Positions 18,062-28,247 of a stretch of DNA of 64,000 bases are shown one piece after another. The notes beneath the pieces were generated by a model. The model was not told the origin of the DNA. It was given only the letters and a program-made list of their open reading frames with translations, and did not search any database. Origin of the DNA: an uncultured Acidobacteriota bacterium (GTDB taxonomy: Bacteria > Actinomycetota > Acidimicrobiia > Spongiisociales > ZC4RG35); assembly GCA_963822895.1 (NCBI GenBank), contig CAWGJI010000014.1, positions 51,337-115,336 of the forward strand, in the 5' to 3' direction. Numbering within the stretch: position 1 is the first letter of the stretch; every line of letters begins with the position of its first letter. Made by a program: the position numbers and the translations under genes.

Positions 18062-19141
18062 CTAGGCGGGCTGTGCGAACTCGCTCCGGGCGGATTCAGC
18101 AAGCCGCAGGCCGTGCCCGAAGGCCTCCGGTAACAAGGCATGCCCGTCACGGAATTGGATCGGGGTCTCCAGGAGGTCGTTGTATGAGAGGAAGGAATAC
18201 TCCAGCCAGCTGACTTCGGGGAGGGCGGCGGCGATGTGCACTCCGATCTCGAAGTCACTGTTCCCCAACGAAACCGGGATGCCGTGCTCAGCAGCGAGCC
18301 ATCCGATCTTCATGGCGTCGTTGATCGAACCGTGGATATTGAGGACGTCGACGGCCCGGTTTTCGATCAGCTGGCGCTTCCCGGATAGGTCCAAGTACTC
18401 CCCGCTGTTGATGAGAGTGAATGGCACGGCTTTGGAGATGGTCCTGAGCCCGACGAAGTCATCTCGCAGACACGGATCCTCGATCCAATACAGGGGGATG
18501 CCGGACTCGTGATATGCGTGCAGTCTGCGGATCGCCTCTTTGGGTGACCACGCCTCATTGGCGTCGGCCATCAGCTGAGACTCGGGGCCTACGGCCTCCT
18601 GGACCAGTCGGAGTCGCCGGATATCCCAGGCCAGATCCGGGTGCCCGACCTTGACTTTGAAGGCCGAGAAGCCGGCATCACGGGCTTTCGAGTAGAAAGC
18701 CGACACCTCTTCATCCGTCATGTGGTATTCCAGACCGCTTGCATAGGCGGGGACCTTGTCGCGCTTGCCTCCGAGCAGCCGATAGAGGGGTAGTTCGAGG
18801 ATTTGGCCCTGCAGATCCCAGACAGCCTGTTCGACGCTCGGGTAGAAGACCGATTGCTTCACGTTTCCACCGCGTGGACGTTCGAGTCTGTTGGCCCAAG
18901 AGAATGGATCGGAGCCGATCAGCTCCTCGGCGATCTCTCGTTGAAACCGAACTTCGAGCTCCATCAGTGATGGAAGCGGATCGGTGACTGTGTGAAAGAA
19001 GCCCGTTCCGATGCGCCCGGCGTCGTCTTCGAGCTCGAGGACACCCAAGGACAGATGTGTGGCTGAAATCTGCGAATCACCGATTGTTCGGTCGAGTTCC
19101 ACCGCAAACCGGGTCAGCGTGTATTTCTCGATGCGGTGCAA
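18062..19141 (-). CDS. Enolase-superfamily dehydratase (mandelate racemase / muconate lactonising enzyme family).
   Basis: It is 359 aa long and carries the conserved KxK, Mg-ligand Asp/Glu and His-Asp pattern of this family. Confidence 0.7.
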   Translation of the reverse strand: MHRIEKYTLTRFAVELDRTIGDSQISATHLSLGVLELEDDAGRIGTGFFHTVTDPLPSLMELEVRFQREIAEELIGSDPFSWANRLERPRGGNVKQSVFYPSVEQAVWDLQGQILELPLYRLLGGKRDKVPAYASGLEYHMTDEEVSAFYSKARDAGFSAFKVKVGHPDLAWDIRRLRLVQEAVGPESQLMADANEAWSPKEAIRRLHAYHESGIPLYWIEDPCLRDDFVGLRTISKAVPFTLINSGEYLDLSGKRQLIENRAVDVLNIHGSINDAMKIGWLAAEHGIPVSLGNSDFEIGVHIAAALPEVSWLEYSFLSYNDLLETPIQFRDGHALLPEAFGHGLRLAESARSEFAQPA

Positions 19142-19311
19142 GAGCGCGGTCGTCCTTTCTGGAGTTGGTCGTGATGCGTCAAGGAGAGCGCCTTGACAAG
19201 GGTAACAGGCATCACTACGGTGGTACTAGTTACGGTACTAGTTCCATACATCCCAAACTGTAGCACGGCTTGCCTGGCGTGACTATGGAGGAGCAGTCGG
19301 AGAGAGACGGC

Positions 19312-20352
19312 ATGGTGAGAAAGCCGACGATCAGAGATGTGGCCAAAGAAGCAGGCGTCTCTGTCGCGACGGTCTCCAGAGTCATCAACGACAAGCCTGA
19401 TGCGGCCGACGGGACGCGGAAGAAGGTCGAGGAGGCGATCACCAGACTGGGCTATGCGAGGAGCAGCCAGTGGGAGCAGCTGACCACGGGCAAAAGCCGG
19501 GCGATCTCGCTTCACTTCCCGTACGCCGACGGCAACGCAAGCCATGTGTATCTCGACTTCATCACCGGAGCGACCGCCGCTTGCGAGGAGCGCGACTATC
19601 GGCTTCACCTGATCACCCGCCCCATCGAGGAAGCAGACCTCCTGGACCTGTATCGGTCCAAGAAGAGCGATGGCTCGATCCTCATGAAGGTGCAACTGAA
19701 CGACTGGCGCGTCGATCTCCTTCGTCAAGCGGGGCTCCCCTTCGTCATGATCGGCCACACCGAGGAAAGCGCCGGAGCGAGCTTCATCGACTACGACTTC
19801 GAAGCCGCCATGCACATGGGGATGAACCACCTGTATGCCCTGGGGCACCGCAACATCGGCTACGTCTCGGCGATGCCGTCCCAACACAGTCAGCACGGCC
19901 CCACCGTTCGGGCACTTCGTGCCTACAAGGCGGCGTGCGAGAGGATGTCACTGCCCTTGCTCAGCTATGAGACCGACCAGAGCCTGAGGAACATCCGACT
20001 TCTCACGGTCAGCATGCTCAACGAGCACCCCGAGCTCACGGCTCTGATGACCATGAGGGAGATGGTCGAGGCTGCGCTTTATGGCGCCGTTCACGACGCG
20101 GGCCGTCGCATACCCGATGACATCTCGGTGCTTGGGCTCGCCAGCCCGCAAGGCCCCGAGCTGACGAGCCCGGCTCTCACTGCCCTCGATTTTCCCGCAT
20201 GGTCGATGGCATACGAGGCCGGCAGCATGCTCATCGACCAGTTGGAAGGGGTCGACTCAACGGTCAGAGAGATCCTCAGAGAGCCGACTTTGACCGTTCG
20301 CGACAGCACCGCTCCGGTTCAACGGTCGGAACGTCACGAGTTGTCCCCATGA
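19312..20352 (+). CDS. LacI-family transcriptional regulator.
   Basis: The HTH 'TIRDVAKEAGVSVATVSRVIN' and a periplasmic-binding-fold C-terminus are present. The alternative start is 19270. Confidence 0.85.
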   Translation: MVRKPTIRDVAKEAGVSVATVSRVINDKPDAADGTRKKVEEAITRLGYARSSQWEQLTTGKSRAISLHFPYADGNASHVYLDFITGATAACEERDYRLHLITRPIEEADLLDLYRSKKSDGSILMKVQLNDWRVDLLRQAGLPFVMIGHTEESAGASFIDYDFEAAMHMGMNHLYALGHRNIGYVSAMPSQHSQHGPTVRALRAYKAACERMSLPLLSYETDQSLRNIRLLTVSMLNEHPELTALMTMREMVEAALYGAVHDAGRRIPDDISVLGLASPQGPELTSPALTALDFPAWSMAYEAGSMLIDQLEGVDSTVREILREPTLTVRDSTAPVQRSERHELSP

Positions 20353-20524
20353 AGAAAGGAAGCCGCCAATCGATTCGACCCATCGACAGGGGAAGGACGC
20401 CCCTGTTCGACCAAGCGAAATCTCGAGAGCGTCTGGCCTGGGCGAGCGGCACGGTCCGGGGCCGGCCCGTCTGAGCCAGAAGCATGACCAGAGAGACCAC
20501 TAACCAAGCAAACAGGGAGGAGAG

Positions 20525-21916
20525 ATGATGAAGTTTCGACATGGAAGGTACTTGCGTTCCTTCCTGATTGTGGCGCTCGGGCTCGTGCTCGTTGCCGGAT
20601 GCGCCTCGGGCTCGAATGAGCCGGGGAGCTCGACAACTCAGGCGACCGAGGCCACGACGACCACTGCGGCAACCGGGTCGACAGAGACCACTGCCAGCCA
20701 GCTCGAGCCGGTCACGATCACCTATCTGGCCAGCCAGAACTGGGTGCTCGACTCTGAGAAGGAACTTGCACAGCAGTTCGAGGACGAGACCGGCATACAT
20801 GTCGACTATCAGATCATTCCTGCCGATCAGTACTTCAGTGTCCTCCAGACCAAGCTCGAAGCGGGCGGCGAGGGCATCGACATCTTCGGCGGCCAGAGTG
20901 GGAAGACCGACATCCAGCTCCAGCTGGGAGTGGAAGAGAATGCCGTCCCTCTCACGGACCAAGAGTGGGTGCAGCGGATGGATCCACTGTCCACCGAGCA
21001 GGTCAGTCTCGATGGGGTGGTCTACGGCCTCACCATATGGGACACCGTCGGTGGCTCTTGGGTCGTGGTCTACAACAAGCAGATCTTCGCCGACAACGGG
21101 ATCGAGATCCCGAGCACCTACGACGAGTTCGCAGCCGTGTGTGACACGCTCCTCGGTGCGGGGATCACCCCGATCTATGAGCCGATCGCCGACGGTTGGC
21201 ACCACGTGCTCTGGTTCGCAGAGATGGGCCCGAACTACGCGGCCAACTCGCCGGACCTCTACGAGCGGCTGAACGCCAACGAGACGACCATGGCCGAGGA
21301 CCCAACCATGCAGCAGGATCTCAGCCAGCTGAGTGATCTCTACACGAATGGGTGCTTTGGCGACAACGCGTTCTCGGACGAATTCGCCAACACCGAGGCC
21401 ATGATGGCCAGTGGTGATTACGCCATGACGGTCAACCGCTTCGGCTTGCCGGCTCAGATCGAGGCGGCCTATCCCGAGGCGTCAGCAGACAATTACGGGT
21501 TCTTCTTGATCCCGCTCGCTGACAACCAGATCTGGAACGTGAACCCGGCAGCGCCCACCAAGTTCATCTACTCGGGCTCGGAGCACATCGATGCGGCCAA
21601 GGCCTACTTCGAGTTCCTGACCCGGCCGGAGAACCTGCAGTACACCCTCGACAACGAGGAGCAATTCGCACTGCTCGACTTCGACGGGGTGAGCTTCGAA
21701 TTGTCGGCTGAGCAGCAGGCGTTCGTCGATGCCTATCCAGACCAAGGCACCGTGCTCCAGACGGCAGTCAACTACGTCAACCCGCAGTGGATCGACATGG
21801 GCCAGGACATAGGGGCCATGCTCACTGGTGCCGAAACGCCGGAGCAGGTGTTGGAGACGATCGACGGTCGTCGCACCGACATGGCCAAAGCCGCCGGAGA
21901 CCCTGGATGGGAATGA
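20525..21916 (+). CDS. ABC sugar-transporter substrate-binding lipoprotein (SBP family 1).
   Basis: The signal and lipobox 'LVLVAGCASG' are followed by a Thr-rich linker. Confidence 0.8.
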   Translation: MMKFRHGRYLRSFLIVALGLVLVAGCASGSNEPGSSTTQATEATTTTAATGSTETTASQLEPVTITYLASQNWVLDSEKELAQQFEDETGIHVDYQIIPADQYFSVLQTKLEAGGEGIDIFGGQSGKTDIQLQLGVEENAVPLTDQEWVQRMDPLSTEQVSLDGVVYGLTIWDTVGGSWVVVYNKQIFADNGIEIPSTYDEFAAVCDTLLGAGITPIYEPIADGWHHVLWFAEMGPNYAANSPDLYERLNANETTMAEDPTMQQDLSQLSDLYTNGCFGDNAFSDEFANTEAMMASGDYAMTVNRFGLPAQIEAAYPEASADNYGFFLIPLADNQIWNVNPAAPTKFIYSGSEHIDAAKAYFEFLTRPENLQYTLDNEEQFALLDFDGVSFELSAEQQAFVDAYPDQGTVLQTAVNYVNPQWIDMGQDIGAMLTGAETPEQVLETIDGRRTDMAKAAGDPGWE

Positions 21917-21956
21917 GGCCACGACCCAGAAGTGGCGTCTGACCATCGCCTGAAGT

Positions 21957-21999
21957 GTATGCGGGACCTACCCGGTTCCTCCAGGGTAGGCCCGCATAC
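21957..21999 (+). promoter_or_regulatory. Long intercistronic stem-loop between the SBP gene and the permease gene.
   Basis: 'GTATGCGGGaCCTACCC-ggttcctcca-GGGTAGGCCCGCATAC' pairs about 16 bp with one bulge. Confidence 0.5.
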
Positions 22000-22126
22000 C
22001 GGACCCTCGGGTTGGGCAGACACCGGTCTTCTCGGTCCGGGGATGTCGCCCTGCGACCTTCGTGCCCAATCCACTGCATAGATTGAAAGCCCGACTCATG
22101 ACTGCTGATCGTCTTGTGGCGGGAAG

Positions 22127-23032
22127 ATGAGAGCCTTCTCTCGAAAGCCAGGTAGCCCGGTGAGTAAGTCGTATCCGTCTTACTTCTCCCTGGGCGCCCT
22201 GGTCCTCTACACGGCGTTCATCGTGGTCCCGAGTTTGATGGGCTTCTACTACTCGTTCACGAGTTGGAATCGGTTCTCGACCGACGTCAACTTCGTCGGC
22301 CTCGAGAACTTCAAAACGATCTTCGTCTCCAACTCGACGCTGTTCCACGCAATAACCAACACGGTGATCTTCACGGTCGTGACCATCGTCACAAAGACAG
22401 TCCTCGGGCTCTTGCTGGCATTGCTGGTATCGAAAGGGATCAGACGCCTTTCAACATTCCACCGAGCCGTCATCTACCTGCCTGCCGTGTTGCCGATGAT
22501 CGTCGTCGGAATCGTCTTCAAGTCGATCCTGAATCCGTCCACGGGGGTGCTCAACGAGTTCCTGAGGCCGATCGGACTCGATGCGTTGGCCTTGAAGTGG
22601 CTCACGGACCCGAACATCGCCTTGTATTCGATCGCTGCAGTGGATACCTGGAAGGGTGTCGGCTTCATCATGGTCCTGCTATTGGCTGGGATTCAGTCGA
22701 TCCCACGGGAGTATTACGAGGCTGCTCAGATCGACGGGGCCGGTCCCTTCAACGAGCTGAGGTCGATAACACTTCCCCTCCTGATGCCCGTCTTGACGGT
22801 GACGACCGTGCTGAACCTGCTGTACGGGCTCAAGGTGTTCGACAGTGTTTGGGTCCTCACCAACGGCGGGCCCGGGTATGCGACCGAGACCGTCTACACC
22901 ATCGTGTTCAAGGAATTCGCCCGAGGCCACTATGCGGTCAGCACCGCCCTCTCCACCGTCCTCTTCGTGATCATGACAACCGCCGGGGTGTTCCTGATCC
23001 GAAAGATGAACAGACAGGTGGACTACCTGTGA
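22127..23032 (+). CDS. Carbohydrate ABC-transporter permease (MalF-like).
   Basis: It has 6 TM helices and an EAA-like motif. Confidence 0.8.
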   Translation: MRAFSRKPGSPVSKSYPSYFSLGALVLYTAFIVVPSLMGFYYSFTSWNRFSTDVNFVGLENFKTIFVSNSTLFHAITNTVIFTVVTIVTKTVLGLLLALLVSKGIRRLSTFHRAVIYLPAVLPMIVVGIVFKSILNPSTGVLNEFLRPIGLDALALKWLTDPNIALYSIAAVDTWKGVGFIMVLLLAGIQSIPREYYEAAQIDGAGPFNELRSITLPLLMPVLTVTTVLNLLYGLKVFDSVWVLTNGGPGYATETVYTIVFKEFARGHYAVSTALSTVLFVIMTTAGVFLIRKMNRQVDYL

Positions 23033-23078
23033 GCTCCCACGTCCTGAGTGCTCGGCCGATGGAAAGGGGTCGCTGATC

Positions 23079-23918
23079 GTGGCAACCGGCATCCGCGGTA
23101 TCCGACGATTCCTCAAGGGGGGAGTGAATCACACGATCGCGGCGGTGGTGAGCCTGATCATGTTGATTCCCATCTATCTCGTCTTGGTCAATTCCTTCAA
23201 GGACGGCATACAGTCCAGGTCGATGGGGGTCGACCTCCCCACCAGCTGGCAATTCGACAACTACCTCACCGTCATCGACGAAGGCAAGCTCGGCCAGGCC
23301 TTCGCCAACAGCCTGATCTACACGGTGCTGGCGACCGTCCTCTGTGTCCTCTGCGCCACCGCAGCCGCCTTCGTTCTGTCCAGGAACCGGAGCAGGATGA
23401 ACCGGTTCTGGTACTTCTTCCTGGTGGTCGGGATCGCGATCCCGCTCAACTATGTGACGATGACCAAGGTCATGCAGGTGACCCATCTCGTCAACAGTCA
23501 GCTCGGGATGATTCTCCTGTACGCCGCGTTCAAGATCCCCTTTGCCGTGTTCGTCGTGTACGCATTCGTTCACACCGTCCCGAGAGAGATCGACGAGGCC
23601 GGGATCATCGACGGTTGCTCGCCACGTCAGCTCTTCTGGTCGATAATGATGCCCCTCTTGCGGCCGGCCTGGATAACGGTCGGGGTCTTGACGTTTCTCG
23701 ACCTGTGGAGTGAGTTCATCATGCCCCTCTACTTCCTGAGCAGCTCCGACAAATGGCCGATGACGCTGGCGGTGTACAACTTCTTTGGCATATACGAGGC
23801 GAACTGGAATCTGGTTTCGGCCGACGTCGTATTGACGATTCTTCCCGTGGTCTTCGTATTCGTCTACGGCCAGCGGTATATCATGTCGGGTATCACGACC
23901 GGTGCGGTCAAGGGATAG
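23079..23918 (+). CDS. Carbohydrate ABC-transporter permease (MalG-like).
   Basis: It has 6 TM helices and 'EIDEAGIIDGCS'. Confidence 0.8.
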   Translation: MATGIRGIRRFLKGGVNHTIAAVVSLIMLIPIYLVLVNSFKDGIQSRSMGVDLPTSWQFDNYLTVIDEGKLGQAFANSLIYTVLATVLCVLCATAAAFVLSRNRSRMNRFWYFFLVVGIAIPLNYVTMTKVMQVTHLVNSQLGMILLYAAFKIPFAVFVVYAFVHTVPREIDEAGIIDGCSPRQLFWSIMMPLLRPAWITVGVLTFLDLWSEFIMPLYFLSSSDKWPMTLAVYNFFGIYEANWNLVSADVVLTILPVVFVFVYGQRYIMSGITTGAVKG

Positions 23919-24896
23919 CCCCATCAGACACAAGCCGCTCGGTAACACAGGTCTGGACGTCTCGGAACTGAGTTTCGGCGGTTCCGCACTCGGTGACTCC
24001 TACGGCGACGTCGAAGCCGACGTCGGCCATCGAAGCCGTTCGATACGCCATCGACAACGGCATCAACTTCATCGACACCTCACCGTTCTACGGAGACACC
24101 CTCTCGGAACGGCGGCTCGGCGAGGCGCTACAGGACGGGTTTCGGGACCGTGCCATCCTGGCCACCAAGGCGGGTCGTTACGGCAGCGGCTCCGGCAGCT
24201 TCGACTACAGCCATGACCGGATCATGAGATCGTGGGAGGAGAGCTCCAGACACCTCGGAACCGACTACATCGACCTCTATCAGCTACACGATGTCGAGTT
24301 CGTGCCGCAAGAAGAGATCGTGGAGCACGCCTGGCCCGCAATGGTCCGATTGAGAGCAGAGGGCCTGGTCGGTCACATAGGAATCACCGGCTATCCGTTG
24401 CAACATCTCGCCCGTCTCGCCCGAGATCTCGACCCAACCCCGGAGACCATCCTCACCTACTGCCATTGCGATCTGCTGAACACGACGTTCCAAGATGTTC
24501 TCCTCCCTACCACCGATGGCTCTGGGAATTGGCGTTGTCAACGGATCCGTCACGCACATGGGAGTCCTGACCGAGGCAGGCGCCCCAGACTGGCATCCCG
24601 CCCCGCCCGAGGTCCATGAGATCGGGCGGAAGGTCGTCGAACACGTCCGAGCCCATCGCTCCAGTGTCACCGATGTGGCATTGCTCTTCGCCATGGCCCA
24701 TGAAGGTATTGCAACGACGTGTGTCGGCATGAGATCGGTCGACGAGGTCAAACAGAACCTCGACCTGCTGGGCCGGCAGCTCGATCCGGACCTCCTGGAT
24801 GCGATCGAGGAGCTGGTGGCCCCGGTCCGGAACCTCAACTGGGCACAGGGGATTTCTGAGTACAACGATCCTGGATCGGTCCCGGCCAGGCGATAG
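23902..24896 (+). pseudogene. Aldo/keto reductase split across three reading frames by two apparent +1 frameshifts.
   Basis: Track ORFs 23902 (frame 1), 23993 (frame 2) and 24495 (frame 0) together make one AKR. They read 'LGNTGLDVSELSFGGSALG' → 'AIEAVRYAIDNGINFIDTS' → 'GIGVVNGS'. Confidence 0.6.
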
Positions 24897-24960
24897 CTGC
24901 ATCCTCCCGGGCCGTTGACCACAGCGATGTGGTGGAAAAGACCCGGCGACCTGGGCCCGG

Positions 24961-25836
24961 CTAGCTGGAACCCGGCTCGTCGTCGCCTAGATATGTGGTG
25001 ACGGCATTGAGACCCAGAATCGAGTCGATGCCGTCACCGGCCAACTCGGTCAGAGTCTCCACGGCGACGTGGAACACCTCCTCATAGCTGGCGGCCAGCG
25101 TGCACACCGGCCAATCGGATCCGAACATCAGACGTTCGGGCCCGAACGTCTCCACCACAGTCCCGACATACGGTCTCAGGTCACCCGGCGTCCATGACGT
25201 CCAGCTGGCCTCGGTGACGAGCCCGGATATTTTGCACATTACGTTCGGCAGCTTTGCGATCTCGGACATGAGGGAGACCCAGGGCTCGGTCTGTCCTGTT
25301 TCGATGGGAGGCTTTGCCATGTGATCAACCACGAATCTGAGACCCGGGAACCGCCGCGCCACCTCGGTGGCCGCCGGCAACTCGCGAGATCTGACCAGGA
25401 GGTCGTATGACAGACCCGCTTGCTCCACGGCGGCCAGTCCCCGGGCCACCTCGTCACGAAGAAGCCATTCGGGGTCAGGCTCGTCATGGACCGGGTGGCG
25501 GATACCAACCAGCTTGTCGCCGTCCTGCCTCTCCAGGATCTCACCGATCGTTTCGGAGACGCGAGCTTCTGTGAGGTCGACCCAACCGACGACGCCTGCG
25601 ATCCAGCTGGTTTGGGCGGCCGTCTCCAAAAGGTTGGCTGTCTCGTTGAGCTCCGTCCGAGCCTGGACGACGATGGTGGCCGTGACGCCCGTGGCTCTGA
25701 GATGAGGCTCGAGGTCGGCGGTCCCATAGGGTCTGCTCAAGGCCAGGTGGTCTCCTGTCATCCAGGGGTAGTCGGCGATTTCGGGGTCCCACAGATGGTG
25801 GTGGGCGTCGACAATCGGAGGCGAAACAGCCCTCAT
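24961..25836 (-). CDS. Amidohydrolase-2-family sugar lactonase.
   Basis: 'IVDAHHHLWDP' is the Amidohydro_2 signature. The gene is in an operon with a sugar-acid dehydratase. Confidence 0.65.
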   Translation of the reverse strand: MRAVSPPIVDAHHHLWDPEIADYPWMTGDHLALSRPYGTADLEPHLRATGVTATIVVQARTELNETANLLETAAQTSWIAGVVGWVDLTEARVSETIGEILERQDGDKLVGIRHPVHDEPDPEWLLRDEVARGLAAVEQAGLSYDLLVRSRELPAATEVARRFPGLRFVVDHMAKPPIETGQTEPWVSLMSEIAKLPNVMCKISGLVTEASWTSWTPGDLRPYVGTVVETFGPERLMFGSDWPVCTLAASYEEVFHVAVETLTELAGDGIDSILGLNAVTTYLGDDEPGSS

Positions 25837-26855
25837 GCGGTCGAGCCAACCGACTCCCGGTCCGTCGCAACTCCTTCCTCGATCACCAGGCCATGGTCCT
25901 CAGGGATGAGAGCTCCTCGAGCGTGAAGGTCAACGAAGAAGCGAACCGTGGCGTCGATGCCCTCGCGGAGCGGGGTCACCGATGGAGGCCCGAGGAGTTC
26001 CAGACCGCTCGTGTCGACGTCGTCCGGGAACGGAATCGGGTCCTCGCCGGCGAATACCCCTTCGCCCGATGGCCCGAGGATCTCACCGAGAATGGAGACG
26101 AGTTCGGGGATGGTGGCATGAACGCCGTTGAGGTTGAAGACGAGAGCACCCTCGATCGGGGTCTCGACGGCCGTGAGGAGCGCCCGAGCGACGTCGGCGG
26201 CGTAGTGGAAGAGCGTGCTGCCCCCGAATCCGATCTCGTATCGACACCCCAACACGGCGGCGAGCATCGCCCGTGTCGGTGAGCTGGTGAGCCCGCGGTC
26301 CCGGCCCGGCCCGTAGACGGTCATGGGTCTGATCCCGATGCTGGGGAGGTCGAAATCATGCCAGTACGCCCGAGCGGTGCCTTCATTGGCGAGCTTGTAG
26401 ACGCCGTAATGACTGGTCGGTCGGGGGACAGCATGCGCCTCGATGCGACCGCCTGGCTGATCGAACACTGCGATCGAGCTGGTATAGACCAGCTTGGTGA
26501 TGCCGAGGCGACGTGCCGCTTCGAATAGGTTGACGGTCCCCACCACATTGACCCGGGCGCCTCCTGGTGGGTCCGCCCGACAGAAGGGCAGCTGCAGGGC
26601 GGCGAGGTGGATGATCCGATCGACGTCGTTGTCGACCATGGCAGCCTCCAGGGCGGCGAGGTCCGTTATGTCGGCGGCGACCAGGCGAACTCCCTCCATC
26701 AGCTCTGACGAAGTCAGCAGACGCAAACGTCTGGTATCTCCCGATGGATCGAGGGCAACGACAGGCGTCCCAGCCTCGAGGAGCTGGCGCACGGTCCATG
26801 AACCGATGCAACCGAGGGCCCCGGTCACCAGGACCGAACCTTCGGCGCCGGTCAC
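25833..26855 (-). CDS. NAD-dependent epimerase/dehydratase-family protein.
   Basis: The Rossmann motif 'VLVTGALGCIGSW' and the YxxxK motif are present. Confidence 0.7.
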   Translation of the reverse strand: MTGAEGSVLVTGALGCIGSWTVRQLLEAGTPVVALDPSGDTRRLRLLTSSELMEGVRLVAADITDLAALEAAMVDNDVDRIIHLAALQLPFCRADPPGGARVNVVGTVNLFEAARRLGITKLVYTSSIAVFDQPGGRIEAHAVPRPTSHYGVYKLANEGTARAYWHDFDLPSIGIRPMTVYGPGRDRGLTSSPTRAMLAAVLGCRYEIGFGGSTLFHYAADVARALLTAVETPIEGALVFNLNGVHATIPELVSILGEILGPSGEGVFAGEDPIPFPDDVDTSGLELLGPPSVTPLREGIDATVRFFVDLHARGALIPEDHGLVIEEGVATDRESVGSTA

Positions 26856-28190
26856 TCAGACACCGTCGACCAGCGCTCCCGCCCACTCGCGACCCAACGG
26901 ATATGAGAACGCGTCGAGAGTCGAGGACAGCATCGTGATGCTCGTGCCCGGGGCGGTTGGTGCCTGGTAGTGGCCGTCACGGACGATGGCCGGATCGACG
27001 AAGTGCTCGTGGAGATGGTCGACGTATTCGGTGACACGGTTCTCCGTCGTGGTGCTCACGGCGAGGTAGTCGAAGATCGACAGATGCTGAACGTACTCGC
27101 AAAGCCCGACGCCACCGGCATGGGGACATACGGCCACGCCGAACTTGGCCGCCATGAGCTGGACCGCCAAAGCTTCGTTGATGCCGCCGAGCCGGCACGG
27201 GTCGATCTGTGCGAACCGGATTGCGTTGCTCTGAAAGAGCTGTTTGAACATCACCCGGTTGTGGCAATGCTCGCCGCTGGCGACGCCAATCCCCATCGGC
27301 TCCAGGGCGCGGGCGATCCGAGCATGGCCCAGGACATCGTCAGGGCTGGTCGGCTCCTCGATCCACCAAGGCCTGAACTCGGCGAGCTCAGTCACCCAGT
27401 CGATCGCCTGATCGACGTCCCAGACTTGATTGGCATCGAGCATGAGCACGCCCTCCTCCCCGATCTCCTCCCGGACGATCGCCGTCCGACGGAGATCCTC
27501 TCCCAGGTCGCGGCCGACCTTGAGCTTGAAGTGGCGCCAACCGTTGGCGATCCCTTCGCGGCACAACTCTCGCACGCGGTCGTCGGAGTAGCCGATCCAG
27601 CCCACCGACGTCGTGTAGGCCGGGTAACCGACCGAGAGGATGGATTCCAAGCGGTCCTCCCTACCGGTTTGCCCCGCCTGGAGGATTTCGAGTGCCTCCT
27701 TCGGAGTGAGGGCATCGCTGATGTACCGGAAGGGGATGCAGCGCACCAGCTCCTCGGGAGACATGTCGGCGAGAAGCATCCACAGCGGCTTCTTCTCGGT
27801 CTTGGCGAAAAGGTCCCAGACCGCATTGACGACCGCCGCCGTCGCCAGGTGGATGACACCTTTCTCGGGGCCGACCCAGCGCAGCTGACCGTCCTCGACG
27901 AGGGAGGTCCAGAATTTCCCCAGGTCCGCCGTAATCGACTCGAGATCGCGGCCCACGACGAGCGGGGCCAACGCCTCGATCGCGGCTACGCAAAGCTCGT
28001 TGCCACGGCCAGTGGTGAACGTCATCCCGTGACCGGAGAGCGCGGCATCATCGGTGTCGAGTACCAGATAGGCCGCTGAGTAGTCGGGCGCGTCGGTCAT
28101 TGCGTCCGAGCCGTCGAGGTTGCGCGACGTGGGAAATCGAATGTCAAAGGTGGCGATATCGACAATCTTCATTACAGCTCCAATCCGCAA
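26856..28190 (-). CDS. L-fuconate-dehydratase-like enolase-superfamily dehydratase.
   Basis: It is 444 aa long. The N-terminus 'DIRFPTSRNLDGSDAMTDAPDYSAAYLVL' is typical of the FucD subgroup. Confidence 0.6.
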   Translation of the reverse strand: MRIGAVMKIVDIATFDIRFPTSRNLDGSDAMTDAPDYSAAYLVLDTDDAALSGHGMTFTTGRGNELCVAAIEALAPLVVGRDLESITADLGKFWTSLVEDGQLRWVGPEKGVIHLATAAVVNAVWDLFAKTEKKPLWMLLADMSPEELVRCIPFRYISDALTPKEALEILQAGQTGREDRLESILSVGYPAYTTSVGWIGYSDDRVRELCREGIANGWRHFKLKVGRDLGEDLRRTAIVREEIGEEGVLMLDANQVWDVDQAIDWVTELAEFRPWWIEEPTSPDDVLGHARIARALEPMGIGVASGEHCHNRVMFKQLFQSNAIRFAQIDPCRLGGINEALAVQLMAAKFGVAVCPHAGGVGLCEYVQHLSIFDYLAVSTTTENRVTEYVDHLHEHFVDPAIVRDGHYQAPTAPGTSITMLSSTLDAFSYPLGREWAGALVDGV

Positions 28191-28247
28191 GGGTGGCCGG
28201 GCCGACGGTGTAGCCCCGCGGCCCGGCCTGCCCCTTGGTGCGGTCTG

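Noticed and set aside
19114-19896. 260-aa ORF antisense to the LacI regulator.
   Set aside because: It is antisense to a clear LacI HTH gene, a high-GC artefact.
26970-28079. 369-aa ORF antisense to the FucD-like dehydratase.
   Set aside because: It is antisense to a gene with strong enolase-superfamily signatures.
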